Positions 63,884 through 64,000 of a stretch of 64,000 bases of DNA are shown here, piece by piece. Within the stretch, counting starts at the first letter, position 1. Every line of letters starts with the position of its first letter. Under the pieces are notes generated by a model that was not told the origin of the DNA, made no database searches, and worked only from the letters and a program-made list of their open reading frames with translations. The DNA is from Trypethelium eluteriae (lineage: Eukaryota). The position numbers were made by a program, and so were the translations under genes. The stretch covers positions 1 through 64,000 of the forward strand of contig JAVECL010000014.1 of NCBI GenBank assembly GCA_051942245.1, in the 5' to 3' direction.

Positions 63884-64000
63884 AGAGTCCTGGTAAATGT
63901 CACCCGCTGATGGGAGACGAGAGAACCCAGCATGGGGACATTCTGGCCTGATCTTGTACACGCACAAAACATTTAGTCGAATACGAAGGGACACTAAGTT

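Noticed and set aside
1..64000. CRISPR arrays, tRNA/rRNA genes, or a PKS/NRPS backbone gene
   Set aside because: None recognised on manual reading. Small RNAs could be missed without a covariance-model search.

Overview
Filamentous-ascomycete (Pezizomycotina) genomic DNA, judged from spliceosomal introns with CTRAC-type branch points and RIP-mutated repeats. Bases 1-2426 are a RIP-degraded nest of LTR retrotransposons, including a chromovirus 3' end with a hidden antisense Zn2Cys6-like ORF. The adjacent GPI-type cell-wall gene is broken by three TAA stops that look like RIP leakage. About 20 further genes follow: a Zn2Cys6 transcription factor with micro-exons divergent from a myo-inositol/sugar transporter, HAT1, an ATX2-like ZIP transporter, an F-box/WD40 protein, OMA1, ERG1, a head-to-head pair of a TcuA-like flavoprotein (ending in PTS1) and a PrpF-family isomerase, cellobiose dehydrogenase, an MFS transporter, two hydrolases, an AA9 LPMO, two MDR oxidoreductases and a cutinase. 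The strongest candidate for an undescribed system is an intron-containing organosulfur-scavenging cluster at about 50-58.5 kb. It comprises an SfnG-type dimethylsulfone monooxygenase, a non-zinc MDR reductase and a DszC/MsuC/SfnB-type monooxygenase, and all three promoters carry ATCACGC(A/C)AT, a CYS3/MetR-like site. The second candidate is the TcuA-like/PrpF pair, a possible tricarballylate/aconitate module. All family assignments are from motif recognition by eye; no database searches were run.
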